From: Planctomycetota bacterium
GTDB lineage: Bacteria; Planctomycetota; UBA1135; UBA2386
Direction of reading: 5' to 3'
DNA length: 64,000 nt
NCBI GenBank assembly: GCA_046290465.1
Contig: JBKAGP010000001.1
Span: 3,072,001 to 3,136,000 of the forward strand
This document shows positions 1-10,262 of the stretch, one piece after another (the stretch's first letter is position 1; every line of letters starts with the position of its first letter). Under the pieces are notes generated by a model. It searched no databases, had not been told where the DNA came from, and worked only from the letters and a program-made list of their open reading frames with translations. Both the position numbers and the translations under genes were made by a program.

Positions 1-203
1 TGCAGCATGCGCACGAACGCGCGCGGCCAGCCGAGCGGCGCGTCGACGCCGACGTGATCGACCGCCGCCGCGGCGGCCACCAGCGCCTCGTCGTCGGCGC
101 CGACCTGCAGAGCGCTCACCGCCGCCGCGCCGGCCGACCATTGGACCGAGCACCATGCGGTCTTCTCGGCCGCCGAGGCCAGGTCGATGCCGAGCGTTTT
201 CAC
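1..203 (-). CDS. DUF429 family protein (RNase H-like fold), N-terminal part; runs off the window edge
   Basis: Not in the ORF track. Manual translation from GTG at 203 gives MKTLGIDLASAAEKTAWC...HVGVDAPLGWPRAFV, with the GIDLA and VDAPLGWP motifs of DUF429. Confidence 0.75.
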   Translation of the reverse strand, partial: MKTLGIDLASAAEKTAWCSVQWSAGAAAVSALQVGADDEALVAAAAAVDHVGVDAPLGWPRAFVRML

Positions 204-204
204 G

Positions 205-1992
205 TCATCGCCCCCGCCGCTGCAGGCGCTGCAGCTGACCCGAGACCTGCTCTGCGATGCGGGCATCCCCTTCGCGTCGCGCCCGTTCGAGCACGCGCTC
301 GCCGAGCCGGATCGCGTCGGAGCGATCGCCGCCCAGCAGCATCGCACGGAACAGCACCTGCTCGTCGACCAACGACGGCCGTTCGACGTCGACGAGCTGC
401 CGCGCGAAGCGCAGTGCCCGGCGCGGGCTGCGCACCGACGCATCCGGAACCTGCGACAGCACCACCGCCAGGTTGCGCAGCAGGTCGCGGTTGTCCGGCG
501 CCCGTTCGTGGCCCTGCTCGAACCAGCGCAGTGCCTCGGCGTAGTTGCCCTGCATGCCGGCCATCGCGCCGAGGTTGTTGTAGGTCAGCGGATCGTACGG
601 CCGGACCCGCAGCGCCACGTCGAAGCGCCGCCGCGCCTCGTCGAAGCGCCCCTCGCGCGCCGCGTGGTTGCCGAGTGCGTTGTTGGACTCGAACGCATCC
701 GGGTAGATCTCGACGGCGCGCCGGTGGTGATCGATGCCGGCGCCGGCACCGTGACGCTGGTCGAGCAGGTTGCCGAGGTTGGCGTGCGCCAGCCACGCAT
801 CGGGCTCGCTCGCGATCGTCGCGCGCCACAGGGTCTCGACGTCGCGGTAGATCCCGACGCGCACGAACGTCATCGCAGCGAGGCCGAGCACGACGACCGC
901 TGCCAGCGCGGCCGCCGCCCGGCCAGAGCGCAGCAGCCACGCACCGCCGCAGCACCCGAGCGCGATCGGGCCGAGGCTCGGCAGGTACTGGAAGTGGTCC
1001 GCCGTGAACGCGTAGCGCAGGTAGTAGTAGTCGACCAGGCCACTGATCGGCAGCAGGTTGGCGACGTAGATCCACAGCGCGCAGGCCGCGGCGACCGCCC
1101 ACGGCCGCCGGCCGAACGGGCTCGCGACGAGCGCCGCCAGCAGCACCACCGTCGGCAGCCAGCCGACCATCGTCCCGGCCTGGATCTCCCACCTCGCATA
1201 GCTGAACGACAGCCCCGCCGGCACCAGCAGCTTGCCGGCATAGGCCCCGACGACCTGGCCGAGCAGCGCCAACCGCTGGCCTGCTTCGAGGCTCCAGTCG
1301 TGGCCGACCGCGCCCTCGCCCCGTTCGCGCACGATCGTCACCACGGCGAACACCAGCGCCAACACCGCAAACGGCACCAGCGCCCGGCACGTCGCGAACA
1401 CCCGCCGCCGCTGCCACCACGCGATCGCGAACAGCGTCACCGGCAGCATCAACGTCGCGGTCTTGGCGAACAGCGCCAGCACGAAGCAGCCGAGCGCCAG
1501 CGTCAGGGTGCGCCGCGACGGTCGCTGCAGCTGCGACCACCACAGGTGGCACGCGCCGAGGTAGAACGCGGCCGACAGCACGTTCTTGCGTTCGACCATC
1601 CACGCGACCGACTCGCTGTGCACCGGATGCACCAGGAACACCAGCGCGGCGGCGATCGCACCGGGCAGCGCCATGCGCCGCAGCAGCAGGCCGAACAGCA
1701 GCGCGTTGCCGGCGTGCAGCAGCACGTTCTCGACGTGCAGCGCCCGGGGATCCAACCCCCAGACCAGGTGGTCGAGCCACCACGTCGTGTAGGTCAGCGG
1801 GTAGTACTGGATCACCGCGCCCGGCTCGAACCAGATCCGCCACAACCCCGACCAGCTGCGCAGCGCCTCGTTGTCGCGGATCCAGTCGGTGTCGTCCCAC
1901 AGCCAGTCCCCGCCGAGCGCCGGCGCGTAGACCAGCAGCGCGGCCGCCGCCAGTGCGGCGTAGGCGATCAGGATGCGGCGGAGGGACGGCAC
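205..1992 (-). CDS. GT-C type multi-pass membrane protein with C-terminal TPRs (TMTC-like putative protein O-mannosyltransferase)
   Basis: WLWDD motif after the first TM, YYPLT, FLVHPVHSESVAW, many TM helices, then TPR repeats (AHANLGNLL, TYNNLGAM). Confidence 0.8.
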   Translation of the reverse strand: MPSLRRILIAYAALAAAALLVYAPALGGDWLWDDTDWIRDNEALRSWSGLWRIWFEPGAVIQYYPLTYTTWWLDHLVWGLDPRALHVENVLLHAGNALLFGLLLRRMALPGAIAAALVFLVHPVHSESVAWMVERKNVLSAAFYLGACHLWWSQLQRPSRRTLTLALGCFVLALFAKTATLMLPVTLFAIAWWQRRRVFATCRALVPFAVLALVFAVVTIVRERGEGAVGHDWSLEAGQRLALLGQVVGAYAGKLLVPAGLSFSYARWEIQAGTMVGWLPTVVLLAALVASPFGRRPWAVAAACALWIYVANLLPISGLVDYYYLRYAFTADHFQYLPSLGPIALGCCGGAWLLRSGRAAAALAAVVVLGLAAMTFVRVGIYRDVETLWRATIASEPDAWLAHANLGNLLDQRHGAGAGIDHHRRAVEIYPDAFESNNALGNHAAREGRFDEARRRFDVALRVRPYDPLTYNNLGAMAGMQGNYAEALRWFEQGHERAPDNRDLLRNLAVVLSQVPDASVRSPRRALRFARQLVDVERPSLVDEQVLFRAMLLGGDRSDAIRLGERVLERARREGDARIAEQVSGQLQRLQRRGR

Positions 1993-1999
1993 GGCGAAC

Positions 2000-3202
2000 T
2001 CACAGCACGCGGTCGAACGCCTCGATCAGGCGCTGGACCTCGTCGGGCGTGTTGTAGTGCACCATGCTCGCGCGAACGACCCCGTCCCCCTCGTGCAGCC
2101 CGAAGCGCGAGCAGAACCGGTGGGCGTAGAAGTGCCCCCAGCGCACCGCGATCCGCTGCGCGTCCATCTTCGGCGGGATGTCGCTGGCCCGCTGCTCGAG
2201 CGGCACGAACGAGATCGTCGGTGCCCGCCGCGCATCGGCGACCGGCCGGCCGAGCAGCCGCACGCGCGGGTGCTCGTCGAGGAACTGCAGCAGCGGCGCC
2301 GCCAGCGCGCACTCGTGCTCGGTGATGCGATCGAACGCGCCGTCGACGGTGCCCGCGCCGCCGTGGTGGCGGTCGAGCTCCTGCAGGTACTCGACGATGC
2401 CGGGCAGCGCCGACGTCAGCTCGTGGTTGACGTTGCCGGGCTCGAGCTTGTAGGGCCCTTCATCGTTGCCGATGAAGAAGTGGTTCTGCGGCGCGGCCAT
2501 CGCAATCAGCTCCTGCCCCATGTGCAGCGCGGCGAGGTGCGGGCCGTAGACCTTGTAGAGGCTCGCCACGTACATGTCGGCGCCGAGTTCGTCGACGTCG
2601 ACGCGTCGATGCGGCGCGTAGGCGACCCCGTCGACGTAGACCAACGCGCCGGCCTCGTGCACCTTCTGGCTGATCGCCGGCACGTCCTGGATCTCGCCGA
2701 CCAGGTTGGAGCAGTGCGAGAACGCGACCAGCCGCGTGCGTTCGCCGAGCAGCGGCTCGAGGTCCTCGACACGCAGCTCGAAGGTGTCGGGGTCGCACTG
2801 CCACTCGCGCACGACCAGGCCGGTCGCCTCGAGGTTGCGCCACGCGCCGATGTTGGCCTCGTGGTCGAGGTCGGTGACGACCACCTCGTCGCCTTCGTTC
2901 CACAGCGGCCGCAGCGCCGCCGCGGCGATCCGGGTCAACAGCGTCGACGACGACCCGACGACGACGTCACCTTCGCCGGAGCCGAACAGCTCCTCGGCCG
3001 CCCGGTGGCCGAGCCCGACCCGGCGGGTCGCCTCGGCCGAGACCCCGTAGCTGGCACCGAGCTGCACCATGCAGGTGCGCATGTAGTCCTGCACCCGGTC
3101 ACAGACACGGCCGAGCGGCACGCTGCCGCCGGCGTTGTCGAACAGCGTCCAGTCGGTCGCGAGCGCGGGGAACTGGCCGCGCACGAAGTCGAGGTCGAGC
3201 AT
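2000..3202 (-). CDS. Cysteine desulfurase-like class V PLP aminotransferase
   Basis: FDNAGGS, LDHEAN, VDGVAYAPH, SLYKVYGPH (PLP Lys), GHFYA, RASMVHYNT. Confidence 0.9.
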   Translation of the reverse strand: MLDLDFVRGQFPALATDWTLFDNAGGSVPLGRVCDRVQDYMRTCMVQLGASYGVSAEATRRVGLGHRAAEELFGSGEGDVVVGSSSTLLTRIAAAALRPLWNEGDEVVVTDLDHEANIGAWRNLEATGLVVREWQCDPDTFELRVEDLEPLLGERTRLVAFSHCSNLVGEIQDVPAISQKVHEAGALVYVDGVAYAPHRRVDVDELGADMYVASLYKVYGPHLAALHMGQELIAMAAPQNHFFIGNDEGPYKLEPGNVNHELTSALPGIVEYLQELDRHHGGAGTVDGAFDRITEHECALAAPLLQFLDEHPRVRLLGRPVADARRAPTISFVPLEQRASDIPPKMDAQRIAVRWGHFYAHRFCSRFGLHEGDGVVRASMVHYNTPDEVQRLIEAFDRVL

Positions 3203-3213
3203 GGAGGGTGACC

Positions 3214-3531
3214 TTAGCCGCTGATCGCCACGTTGTAGTGCCCGACGCCATCGTCGTACCGACGCAACAGCCGCTGCGCCGCCGGCGGCACCACGGCGAC
3301 ATCGACGGCCTCGCCCGCAAACGCACGGATCGCGTCCATGCTGGCCCAGCGCGTCTGCACGACGAACCGCACTTCGTCGTTGCCCAGTTCACGACGGAGC
3401 ACCTCGATGCCGACGAAGCCCTCGATACTGCGCAGGTGCGGCATCGTCTCGCTGCGCAGATGCTCGAGGTAGGCGCCAGCATTGCCGGTGGTCGTCACCC
3501 CGCCCCACGTCCGCACGATCAGCTCCCCCAT
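3214..3531 (-). CDS. Antibiotic biosynthesis monooxygenase (ABM)-like dimeric alpha/beta barrel protein
   Basis: MGELIVRTWGG...WASMDAIRAFAG...AVVPP. The start overlaps the upstream cupin stop. Confidence 0.75.
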   Translation of the reverse strand: MGELIVRTWGGVTTTGNAGAYLEHLRSETMPHLRSIEGFVGIEVLRRELGNDEVRFVVQTRWASMDAIRAFAGEAVDVAVVPPAAQRLLRRYDDGVGHYNVAISG

Positions 3532-3896
3532 CAGATCCGCTCCACGTCTTCGGGTTCGATCGTGCGTGCGTCGTCGACGTCGCCGGTGTTGCGCACCGTC
3601 GCCGGCTCGAACAGCACCAGGCTGACCAGCTGGTTTGCGACCGGACGGTGCTCGACGCCGCGCGGCACGATGAAGAACTCGCCGGGCCGGAGCGTCACCG
3701 TCCGTTCGCGCAGCTCGAGCTGCAGCTCGCCGTCGATGACCAGGAACATCTCGTCCTCGTCGGCGTGCGCGTGCCATACGTATTCGCCTTCGAGCTTGGC
3801 GACCTTGACGTGTTGGCCGTTGAGTTCTCCGACGACCTTGGGCACCCAGGTCTCGGAGAAGCTGTCGAGCTTCTGCTGCAGGTTGACGACATCCAT
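3531..3896 (-). CDS. Cupin domain protein
   Basis: WHAHADEDEMFLVIDG and GEFFIVPRGVEHRP cupin motifs. Start moved to MDVVNL. Confidence 0.9.
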   Translation of the reverse strand: MDVVNLQQKLDSFSETWVPKVVGELNGQHVKVAKLEGEYVWHAHADEDEMFLVIDGELQLELRERTVTLRPGEFFIVPRGVEHRPVANQLVSLVLFEPATVRNTGDVDDARTIEPEDVERI

Positions 3897-3932
3897 GAGC
3901 CGAGTGTACGCATGGGAGCGAGGTCTCCCCAG

Positions 3933-4352
3933 ATGCGCCCCCACTTCCTCAAGCACTGTGACCGCCGGATCCGAGACGGGCTCGCGTGGATCTGGGACTT
4001 CTGGTTCGGCCCGGACCGCGAGCTGCTCGCCTACTTTGAACGCCCTTGCGCAGGACGCGCATGGCGCCGCGCGTTCCCCGAGACGAACAAGGACGACCTC
4101 CGCGACTTCCTCGAGATCCTGACCGACAGCATGTACTTCCCGCTCGGGAACCGGCTGAAGTTCCGCCCGGACGACGACCTGTTCGACATCTATCGGTCGC
4201 GCTACGGCGACGAGACGCCGTCGCGCGACGACCTCGAGTGCGAGACGTTCGTCTGGGGGATCTGCGAGCGCTTCGGTCTGGATGAAGCCGTGGTCGACAA
4301 GGCGTGCCAAGAGGATTCGACCTTGGGAGCGCTGTTCGCGGTCTGCAGCTGA
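3933..4352 (+). CDS. Hypothetical protein
   Basis: Protein-like composition from MRPHFLKH to ...LGALFAVCS; fills the gap between neighbours. Confidence 0.6.
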   Translation: MRPHFLKHCDRRIRDGLAWIWDFWFGPDRELLAYFERPCAGRAWRRAFPETNKDDLRDFLEILTDSMYFPLGNRLKFRPDDDLFDIYRSRYGDETPSRDDLECETFVWGICERFGLDEAVVDKACQEDSTLGALFAVCS

Positions 4353-4364
4353 GGCGCTGGCGAC

Positions 4365-4766
4365 ATGGACGGACTCTTCCGCTTTCCCGAGGCCGTGTCT
4401 CGCTCACCCGACGTCGACTCGTGGTTCGCCGAACGTGACGACGAGCTCGGCACGCTCGCGCGGCGCTGGTTCGACGAGCTGCGTAGCCTTGGCGAAGACG
4501 TGCGTGAATGCATGCATGACGGACAGCCGACGGCGTGCGTGCAGGACACGGCGTTCGCCTACGTCGCGGCCTACAAGGCGCATGTCAACGTCGGCTTCTC
4601 CCGCGGCGCAGAGCTGCCGGACCCTGCCGAGCTGCTGGCAAGAACCGGCAAGCGCATGCTGCACGTCAAGCTGCGGCCCGGTGAGTCGATCGACGAAGGC
4701 GGCCTCACGGCGCTGCTGCAGTTCGCCTACCAGGACATGCAGCGCCGCGTCGCCGCGGGATCGTGA
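4365..4766 (+). CDS. DUF1801 (YdhG-like) domain protein
   Basis: AFAYVAAYKAHVNVGF..GAELPDPAELL..TGKRMLHVKL. Confidence 0.85.
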   Translation: MDGLFRFPEAVSRSPDVDSWFAERDDELGTLARRWFDELRSLGEDVRECMHDGQPTACVQDTAFAYVAAYKAHVNVGFSRGAELPDPAELLARTGKRMLHVKLRPGESIDEGGLTALLQFAYQDMQRRVAAGS

Positions 4767-4808
4767 CCGCGGGTTGACGGGCGGCGGCGCGTCGGCGGCA
4801 ATGCGTCG

Positions 4809-6467
4809 ATGCGCGACGCGATCCTTCGCTGCTTCCCGTTCTTGTTGCTGTCCCTGTTGGTCGCCGCGCAGGAGCGGCCGGGCGACGGCGCCGACGACTC
4901 GTGCACCGACATCGTCGTCGGCCGGCTGGCATCGACCGACGGCTCGGTGATCAACTCGCACACCGGCTGCTGTGACGAGTGCCGGGTGCACGTCGTCGAG
5001 GGGCGGACGTTTGCGAAGGGTGCGATGGCCGACGTGCACTACGGCCTGCAGGACTCGCGCACGGAGCTGCGCGACTACGGCCAGGTGATCGGCCAGATCC
5101 CGCAGGTCGAGCGCACCTACACCTACTTCCACACCGGCTATCCGCAGATGAACGAGCACCAGCTCGTGATCGCGGAGAGCACGCTGAGCCAGCGCGACGA
5201 GCTGAAGTGCTCGTTCGGCAACTGCAAGCAGATCATGACGATCGAGCAGGCGCAGGTGTTCGCGCTGCAGCGGTGTCGGACGGCGCGTGAGGCGCTCACG
5301 GTGATCACCGAGCTGGTCGACACCTACGGCTTCCTGCCGTCGTGCGGGCCGGAGTCCGAGGCGCTGTGCATCAGCGACCCGAACGAGGCGTGGGTGCTCG
5401 AGGTGTTTGCGGTCGGGCCGGACTGGGATCCGGACAGCGGCAAGGCCGGCGCGATCTGGGCGGCGCAGCGCGTGCCGGACGACCACGTCTGCATCGTGCC
5501 CAACTGGTCGATCATCAAGGAGGTCGATCCGAGCAAGCCGGAGACGTGGCGCGCGTCGAAGAACCACCGGCAGTTCGCGATCGACCGTGGCTGGTGGAAC
5601 CCGCGCATGGGGCCGTTCGTGTGGCAGAAGGTCTATGCGCCGCAACCGCGCGAGTGGGCGGTCGGGCGGCTGTGGTTGTTCTACTCGACGTATGCGCCGA
5701 CGCTGCGCGCGTGGCCCGACAAGCGGCAGCTGGCGTCGATGGATTCGTACGACGCCTACCATCAATACGTCGAGGACATCTCGATCTACCCGTTCTCGGT
5801 CGCGCCGGAGCGCAAGCTGTCGGTGCAGGACGTGATCGCGTTCCAGCGGTCGGTGTTCGACGGGACGATCTACGACATGACGACCGACCTCGACTGGCTG
5901 GTGCCGGACGGCGAAGGCGGCATGAAGAAGAGCCCGCTGACGACGCCGTTCCCGACGCGCGACATGCGGCAACTGCTCGACATCGTCTACCGCCGCATGG
6001 TGTCGCGCGGCGGCTACGGCATGGTCGCGCAGTCACGCAGCTGGCTGCCGGACGCGATCGGCGGCGTCTACTGGCTCTACCTGGACAACCAGTACACTTC
6101 GACCTACGTGCCGATCTACGCCGGTGCGCGGCGCATGCATCCGACCTACCAGACGTGGAACCCCGACCGGTTCGCGGAGACGTCGGCGCGTTGGAACATC
6201 GACATGGTCGACAACCTGCTCTACCTCAAGTGGCAGGAAGCGATCGAGGACCTGCGCGCCGTGCGCGACCCGCTGGAGCAGAGCTTCTTCGCGGGCCAGG
6301 CGCGGTTCGAGAAGCAGGCGCTGAAAGCGATGCAGCAGGATCCGGCGCAGGCCGCGCTGATGCTGACAGAGTACACCAACGCGTGCATGGCCAAGACCGT
6401 GCAGATGTACCGCCAGCTGCGCGGCACCCTGATCACCAAGTACACCAACAACAAACAAGGCGTCTGA
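4809..6467 (+). CDS. Peptidase C69 family dipeptidase (secernin-like Ntn hydrolase), exported
   Basis: Signal peptide, then SCTDIVVG (nucleophile Cys), MNEHQLVIAEST, ISDPNEAWVLE, WAAQRVPDDH. Confidence 0.9.
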   Translation: MRDAILRCFPFLLLSLLVAAQERPGDGADDSCTDIVVGRLASTDGSVINSHTGCCDECRVHVVEGRTFAKGAMADVHYGLQDSRTELRDYGQVIGQIPQVERTYTYFHTGYPQMNEHQLVIAESTLSQRDELKCSFGNCKQIMTIEQAQVFALQRCRTAREALTVITELVDTYGFLPSCGPESEALCISDPNEAWVLEVFAVGPDWDPDSGKAGAIWAAQRVPDDHVCIVPNWSIIKEVDPSKPETWRASKNHRQFAIDRGWWNPRMGPFVWQKVYAPQPREWAVGRLWLFYSTYAPTLRAWPDKRQLASMDSYDAYHQYVEDISIYPFSVAPERKLSVQDVIAFQRSVFDGTIYDMTTDLDWLVPDGEGGMKKSPLTTPFPTRDMRQLLDIVYRRMVSRGGYGMVAQSRSWLPDAIGGVYWLYLDNQYTSTYVPIYAGARRMHPTYQTWNPDRFAETSARWNIDMVDNLLYLKWQEAIEDLRAVRDPLEQSFFAGQARFEKQALKAMQQDPAQAALMLTEYTNACMAKTVQMYRQLRGTLITKYTNNKQGV

Positions 6468-6491
6468 GTTCGGCCCGAAGGTAGGGACCGG

Positions 6492-8048
6492 TCAGGCGAG
6501 GGCGTCGGTGGCGACGTGGTATTGGGGATCTTCGATGACGTTGACCTCGACCATGTCTCCGGCCTTGCGCAGCAGCTTGCGGCACTCGGGGCTCAGGTGG
6601 CGAAGGTGCAGGGTCTTGCCCTGCGCGAGGTAGCGCTCGGCGAGGGTGTCGATGGCCTCGATCGCAGAGTGGTCCGAGACGCGCGCGTGCTGGAAGTCGA
6701 TGACCACGTCGGCCGGATCGTCCTTGGGCGTGAACAGCTCGAGGAAGCTCTTGCACGAACCGAAGAACAGCGGCCCGCGCAGCGAGTAGATCTTGCTGCC
6801 GTCGTCGTCGGTGCTCTCGACTGCGTGCACGACCTTGGCGTGCTTCCACGCGAACACCAGCGCAGACACGACCACCCCGACCAGCACCGCGATCGCGAGG
6901 TCGGTCGCGACCGTGACGCCGCTGACCAGCACGATCACCAGCGCATCGGTCTTCGGCACCTTGTTCAGCACGCGCAGGCTCGACCACTCAAACGTGCCGA
7001 GCACGACCATGAACATCACGCCGACCAGCGCCGCGACCGGCACCATCTCGATCAGCGGCGACGCCACCACCACGAACAGCAGCAGCACGACCGCGGCGGT
7101 GATGCCGGACAGGCGGCCACGGCCACCCGAGTTGATGTTGATCATGCTCTGGCCGATCATCGCGCAGCCGCCCATGCCGCCGAACACGCCGCAGACCATG
7201 TTGGCGGCGCCCTGCGCGACGCACTCCTTGTTGCCGCGGCCACGCGTCTCGGTCAGCTCGTCGACCAGCGTCAGCGTCAGCAGCGACTCGATCAGGCCGA
7301 CCGCCGCGAGGATCACCGAGTACGGCAGCACGATGCGCAGCGTCTCGAGCGAGAACGGCACCGCCGGCAACGCGAACGCCGGCAGGCCGCCGGCCAGCGA
7401 CGCGTTTGCATCGCCGCTCATGTTGCGCAGGAAGTCGACCACGGTCGGCGTCTCGATGCCGAACAGCAGCGTCGCGCCGGTCACGCCCGCGATCGCGACC
7501 AGCGACGCCGGCACGGCCTTGGTCAGGCGCGGCACGAAGTGGATCACCGCCATCGTCACTGCGACCAGGCCGAGCATGGTGTAGAGCGGCGCGCCGCTCA
7601 TCCACTGCCGCTCGCCGTCGGCGCCGACCGCCTGGAACTGCCCCAGCTGCGCCAGGAAGATCACGATCGCCAGCCCGTTGACGAACCCGAGCATCACCGG
7701 GTGCGGCACCATGCGGATGAACTTGCCCAACCGGAACAGCCCGGCGAGCACCTGGATCACCCCCATCAGCAGCACCGCGGCGAACATGTATTGCACGCCG
7801 TGGTCCTTGACCAGCGCGACCAGCACCACGGCCAGCGCCCCGGTGGCGCCGGAGATCATCCCGGGGCGGCCGCCGAACACCGCCGTGATCAGGCCGACCA
7901 TGAACGCGGCGTGCAGGCCGACGATCGGGTCGACGTTCGCAACAAAGGCGAAGGCAACGGCTTCGGGCACCAGAGCGAGCGCGACGGTCAACCCGGACAG
8001 GAAGTCCGTGCGCAGGCTCTTGGGGGACTGGGTCAGGAGGTTGAACAC
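6492..8048 (-). CDS. SulP family inorganic anion transporter with STAS domain
   Basis: [38 protein letters not shown]-terminal GPLFFGS STAS domain. Confidence 0.95.
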   Translation of the reverse strand: MFNLLTQSPKSLRTDFLSGLTVALALVPEAVAFAFVANVDPIVGLHAAFMVGLITAVFGGRPGMISGATGALAVVLVALVKDHGVQYMFAAVLLMGVIQVLAGLFRLGKFIRMVPHPVMLGFVNGLAIVIFLAQLGQFQAVGADGERQWMSGAPLYTMLGLVAVTMAVIHFVPRLTKAVPASLVAIAGVTGATLLFGIETPTVVDFLRNMSGDANASLAGGLPAFALPAVPFSLETLRIVLPYSVILAAVGLIESLLTLTLVDELTETRGRGNKECVAQGAANMVCGVFGGMGGCAMIGQSMININSGGRGRLSGITAAVVLLLFVVVASPLIEMVPVAALVGVMFMVVLGTFEWSSLRVLNKVPKTDALVIVLVSGVTVATDLAIAVLVGVVVSALVFAWKHAKVVHAVESTDDDGSKIYSLRGPLFFGSCKSFLELFTPKDDPADVVIDFQHARVSDHSAIEAIDTLAERYLAQGKTLHLRHLSPECRKLLRKAGDMVEVNVIEDPQYHVATDALA

Positions 8049-8177
8049 GCTGGCGGAGGGGGTCTGCGGACTTTTTCGGAGTGGTGCGAACCCCGCAGAC
8101 TAACGACGGACCCGCCGCATGCACGCGCCGAATCGTGCGTTCCTCGCCAACCGTCGAGGAAGGCCGTCCGGCCCCGG

Positions 8178-9167
8178 CTACCGGATCAAGAACCCGTCGC
8201 GCAGCGGATCGTCCGGGTCGAGCCAGTACTCGGCACGCCCGGTGACGAACGCGCGGCCGCGCACCTCGGGCAGGATCGCGTTGGCATCGCCGATTCGGGT
8301 CGTGCCTGCACAGCGCACGTCGAAGCTGGTGCCGAGGATGCTCTCGATCGTGATCCAATCGTCGCCCAGCTCACCCCGCGCATGGTGGATCGCGGCGCGG
8401 CCGCTGACGCCGGTGCCGGTCGGCGAACGGTCGACCTCGCCGTCGGCGAAGATGCACACGTTGCGGCTGTGCACGCCCGGCTGCGGCGCAATGAAGATCG
8501 TGCCGTAGAGGAAGTCGAGGTCCTCGTGGCCGTCGGGATGGCGCAGCTGGCACGCGTCGGCCACCGCGCGCTTGATCGCCATGCCCTGCTCAATCAGTTC
8601 GCCGGCATGTTCGGTGTCGAGCTGCAGGCCGAGCGGACCGGCGTCGACGTAGACGTAGAACGCGCCGCCGTAGGCGATCGTGCCGCGCACGCGACCGAGC
8701 CGGGGCACCGCGACGTCGACCTCGCGATCGACGAACGACGGCACGTTGACGAACGACACCCGCGTCACCCGTTCGCCATCCAGTTCCGCCGACGCGACCA
8801 CGCGGCCCGCCGGCGTGTCGATGCGCACGTTGCCGGGATCCGCCTCGAACAGCCCCTGCTCGATGCCGACCTTGGTCATCGCGAGGATGCCGTGCCCGCA
8901 CATGGTGCTGTAGCCCTCGTTGTGCAGGAACAGCACGCCGACGTCGCCGTCGTCGCTCGCCGGCGGCAGCAGCAGCGCGCCGTACATGTCCGCATGCCCG
9001 CGCGGCTCGAGCATCAGCATGCGCCGCAGATGGTCGAGGTGCCGCCTGGCGTAGGCGCGCCGCTGCAGGATCGTCGCGCCCGGCACCTCCGGGTAGCCCG
9101 ACGTGATGATGCGCAGCGGTTCGCCTGCCGTGTGCGCCTCGATGGTCGTGATCTTGTGCATGCTCAT
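8178..9167 (-). CDS. Proline racemase family protein, Cys/Thr type (probable trans-3-hydroxy-L-proline dehydratase)
   Basis: AHTAGEPLRI, EPRGHADMYG, STMCGHG, DRSPTGTG (Thr replaces the second catalytic Cys). Confidence 0.88.
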   Translation of the reverse strand: MSMHKITTIEAHTAGEPLRIITSGYPEVPGATILQRRAYARRHLDHLRRMLMLEPRGHADMYGALLLPPASDDGDVGVLFLHNEGYSTMCGHGILAMTKVGIEQGLFEADPGNVRIDTPAGRVVASAELDGERVTRVSFVNVPSFVDREVDVAVPRLGRVRGTIAYGGAFYVYVDAGPLGLQLDTEHAGELIEQGMAIKRAVADACQLRHPDGHEDLDFLYGTIFIAPQPGVHSRNVCIFADGEVDRSPTGTGVSGRAAIHHARGELGDDWITIESILGTSFDVRCAGTTRIGDANAILPEVRGRAFVTGRAEYWLDPDDPLRDGFLIR

Positions 9168-10141
9168 TGCTGGAGTCCGATCGTCTGGCCGACGCCGAGG
9201 GCCTCGGCACGGTCGATGGCTGCGCGCGCGGCGAACAGGTCCTGCACCGCGTGGCCGACCGACTTGAACACGGTCACGTCGTGCCCATCGGCACGGCCGA
9301 GGGCCGGCTCGGCGAGCAGCGCGCCGAGCTCGACCCAGTCCTCGGCGCGCGTGATGCCGGCATCGCGGGCGGCGACCAGCTCGCCTGCCTCGTGCAGCGC
9401 CGACGCGCGCAGGTCGACGACGATCCGCCCCGCCCGCCGGATCGTGTGCTCGTCGAGCTCGCGCATCGCCAGGCGGAAGCTGCCGACCCCGTTGACGTGC
9501 GCGCCGCGCAGCAGGCGCCGGCCGTCGAGCACCGGCGTCGTCGAGCTGGTCGCGACGCTGACGACGTCGGCGCCGTCGATCACCTCGTCGCTGGACGCGG
9601 CCGCCACGACGTCCGCATCGACCCGTTGCCGCGCCGCCGCGACGAACGTCTCGAGCCGCTCGCGGTCGCGCGCGAACACCCGGACCTGCTGCAGCGGCCG
9701 CGCGCACACCATCGCCAGCAACTGCGTCCAGGCCTGGCCACCGGCGCCCAGCACGGCGCCGACGCTGGCATCCGCGTCGGCGAGCAGCTCGGTCGCGAGG
9801 CCGGCGACCGCACCGGTGCGAATCGCGGTCAGGGCGCCGCCGTCACAGATCCCGACCGTGTGGCCGGTGTCGGGATCGATGACGGTCACCACCCCCGTCG
9901 TCGTCGTCAGCCCGCGAGCGGCGTTGGCGGGGAAGATGTTGACGACCTTGGCGATGCGGCCCCCGGCCCCGCTGGCCGCCATCAGCAGCGTGGTGCGATC
10001 GGCCTCGACGAGGTGCACGCGCGGCGGCGCGATCACCGTGCCGGCGGCCAGCGCCGCGAACGCGTCGCGCATCGCGTCGATGGCGGCGCGCATCGGCAGC
10101 GCCGTGTCCAGGTCGTCGGCCGTCAGGACTCGCGTTCGCAC
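9164..10141 (-). CDS. Ornithine cyclodeaminase/mu-crystallin family (probable delta1-pyrroline-2-carboxylate reductase)
   Basis: LTAIRTGA, GAGGQA, HVNGVGS, VFKSVGHAVQD. Stop overlaps the start of the racemase-family gene. Confidence 0.88.
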   Translation of the reverse strand: MRTRVLTADDLDTALPMRAAIDAMRDAFAALAAGTVIAPPRVHLVEADRTTLLMAASGAGGRIAKVVNIFPANAARGLTTTTGVVTVIDPDTGHTVGICDGGALTAIRTGAVAGLATELLADADASVGAVLGAGGQAWTQLLAMVCARPLQQVRVFARDRERLETFVAAARQRVDADVVAAASSDEVIDGADVVSVATSSTTPVLDGRRLLRGAHVNGVGSFRLAMRELDEHTIRRAGRIVVDLRASALHEAGELVAARDAGITRAEDWVELGALLAEPALGRADGHDVTVFKSVGHAVQDLFAARAAIDRAEALGVGQTIGLQQ

Positions 10142-10262
10142 GCTGCCAGCCTACGTTGCACGGAGGCGCGCACCAGCCCGCCGGCCATTCATTCGCAGTG
10201 CTTAACGATCCAGACAGAACGATTCGCACCACATTTCCAGCCGGAACCCGATAGTTGGCGAC

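Noticed and set aside
4344..4367. C-S-TGA at the end of the 3933-4352 gene, in frame with the downstream DUF1801 gene (possible third Sec read-through)
   Set aside because: The DUF1801 gene is complete with its own ATG, there is no thioredoxin-like context, and the GCCGAC/GGTCTGG motif seen after the other two TGAs is absent. Likely a chance in-frame stop.
6516..10205. Very long ORFs in the track (e.g. 6516-10205, the 5' parts of 23664-28217 and 17825-21592, 56457-60182, 44412-47714)
   Set aside because: These are antisense or off-frame shadows of real genes, typical of very high GC DNA. They are Arg/Ala/Gly-rich with no motifs. Only the protein-like C-terminal parts were kept where appropriate.
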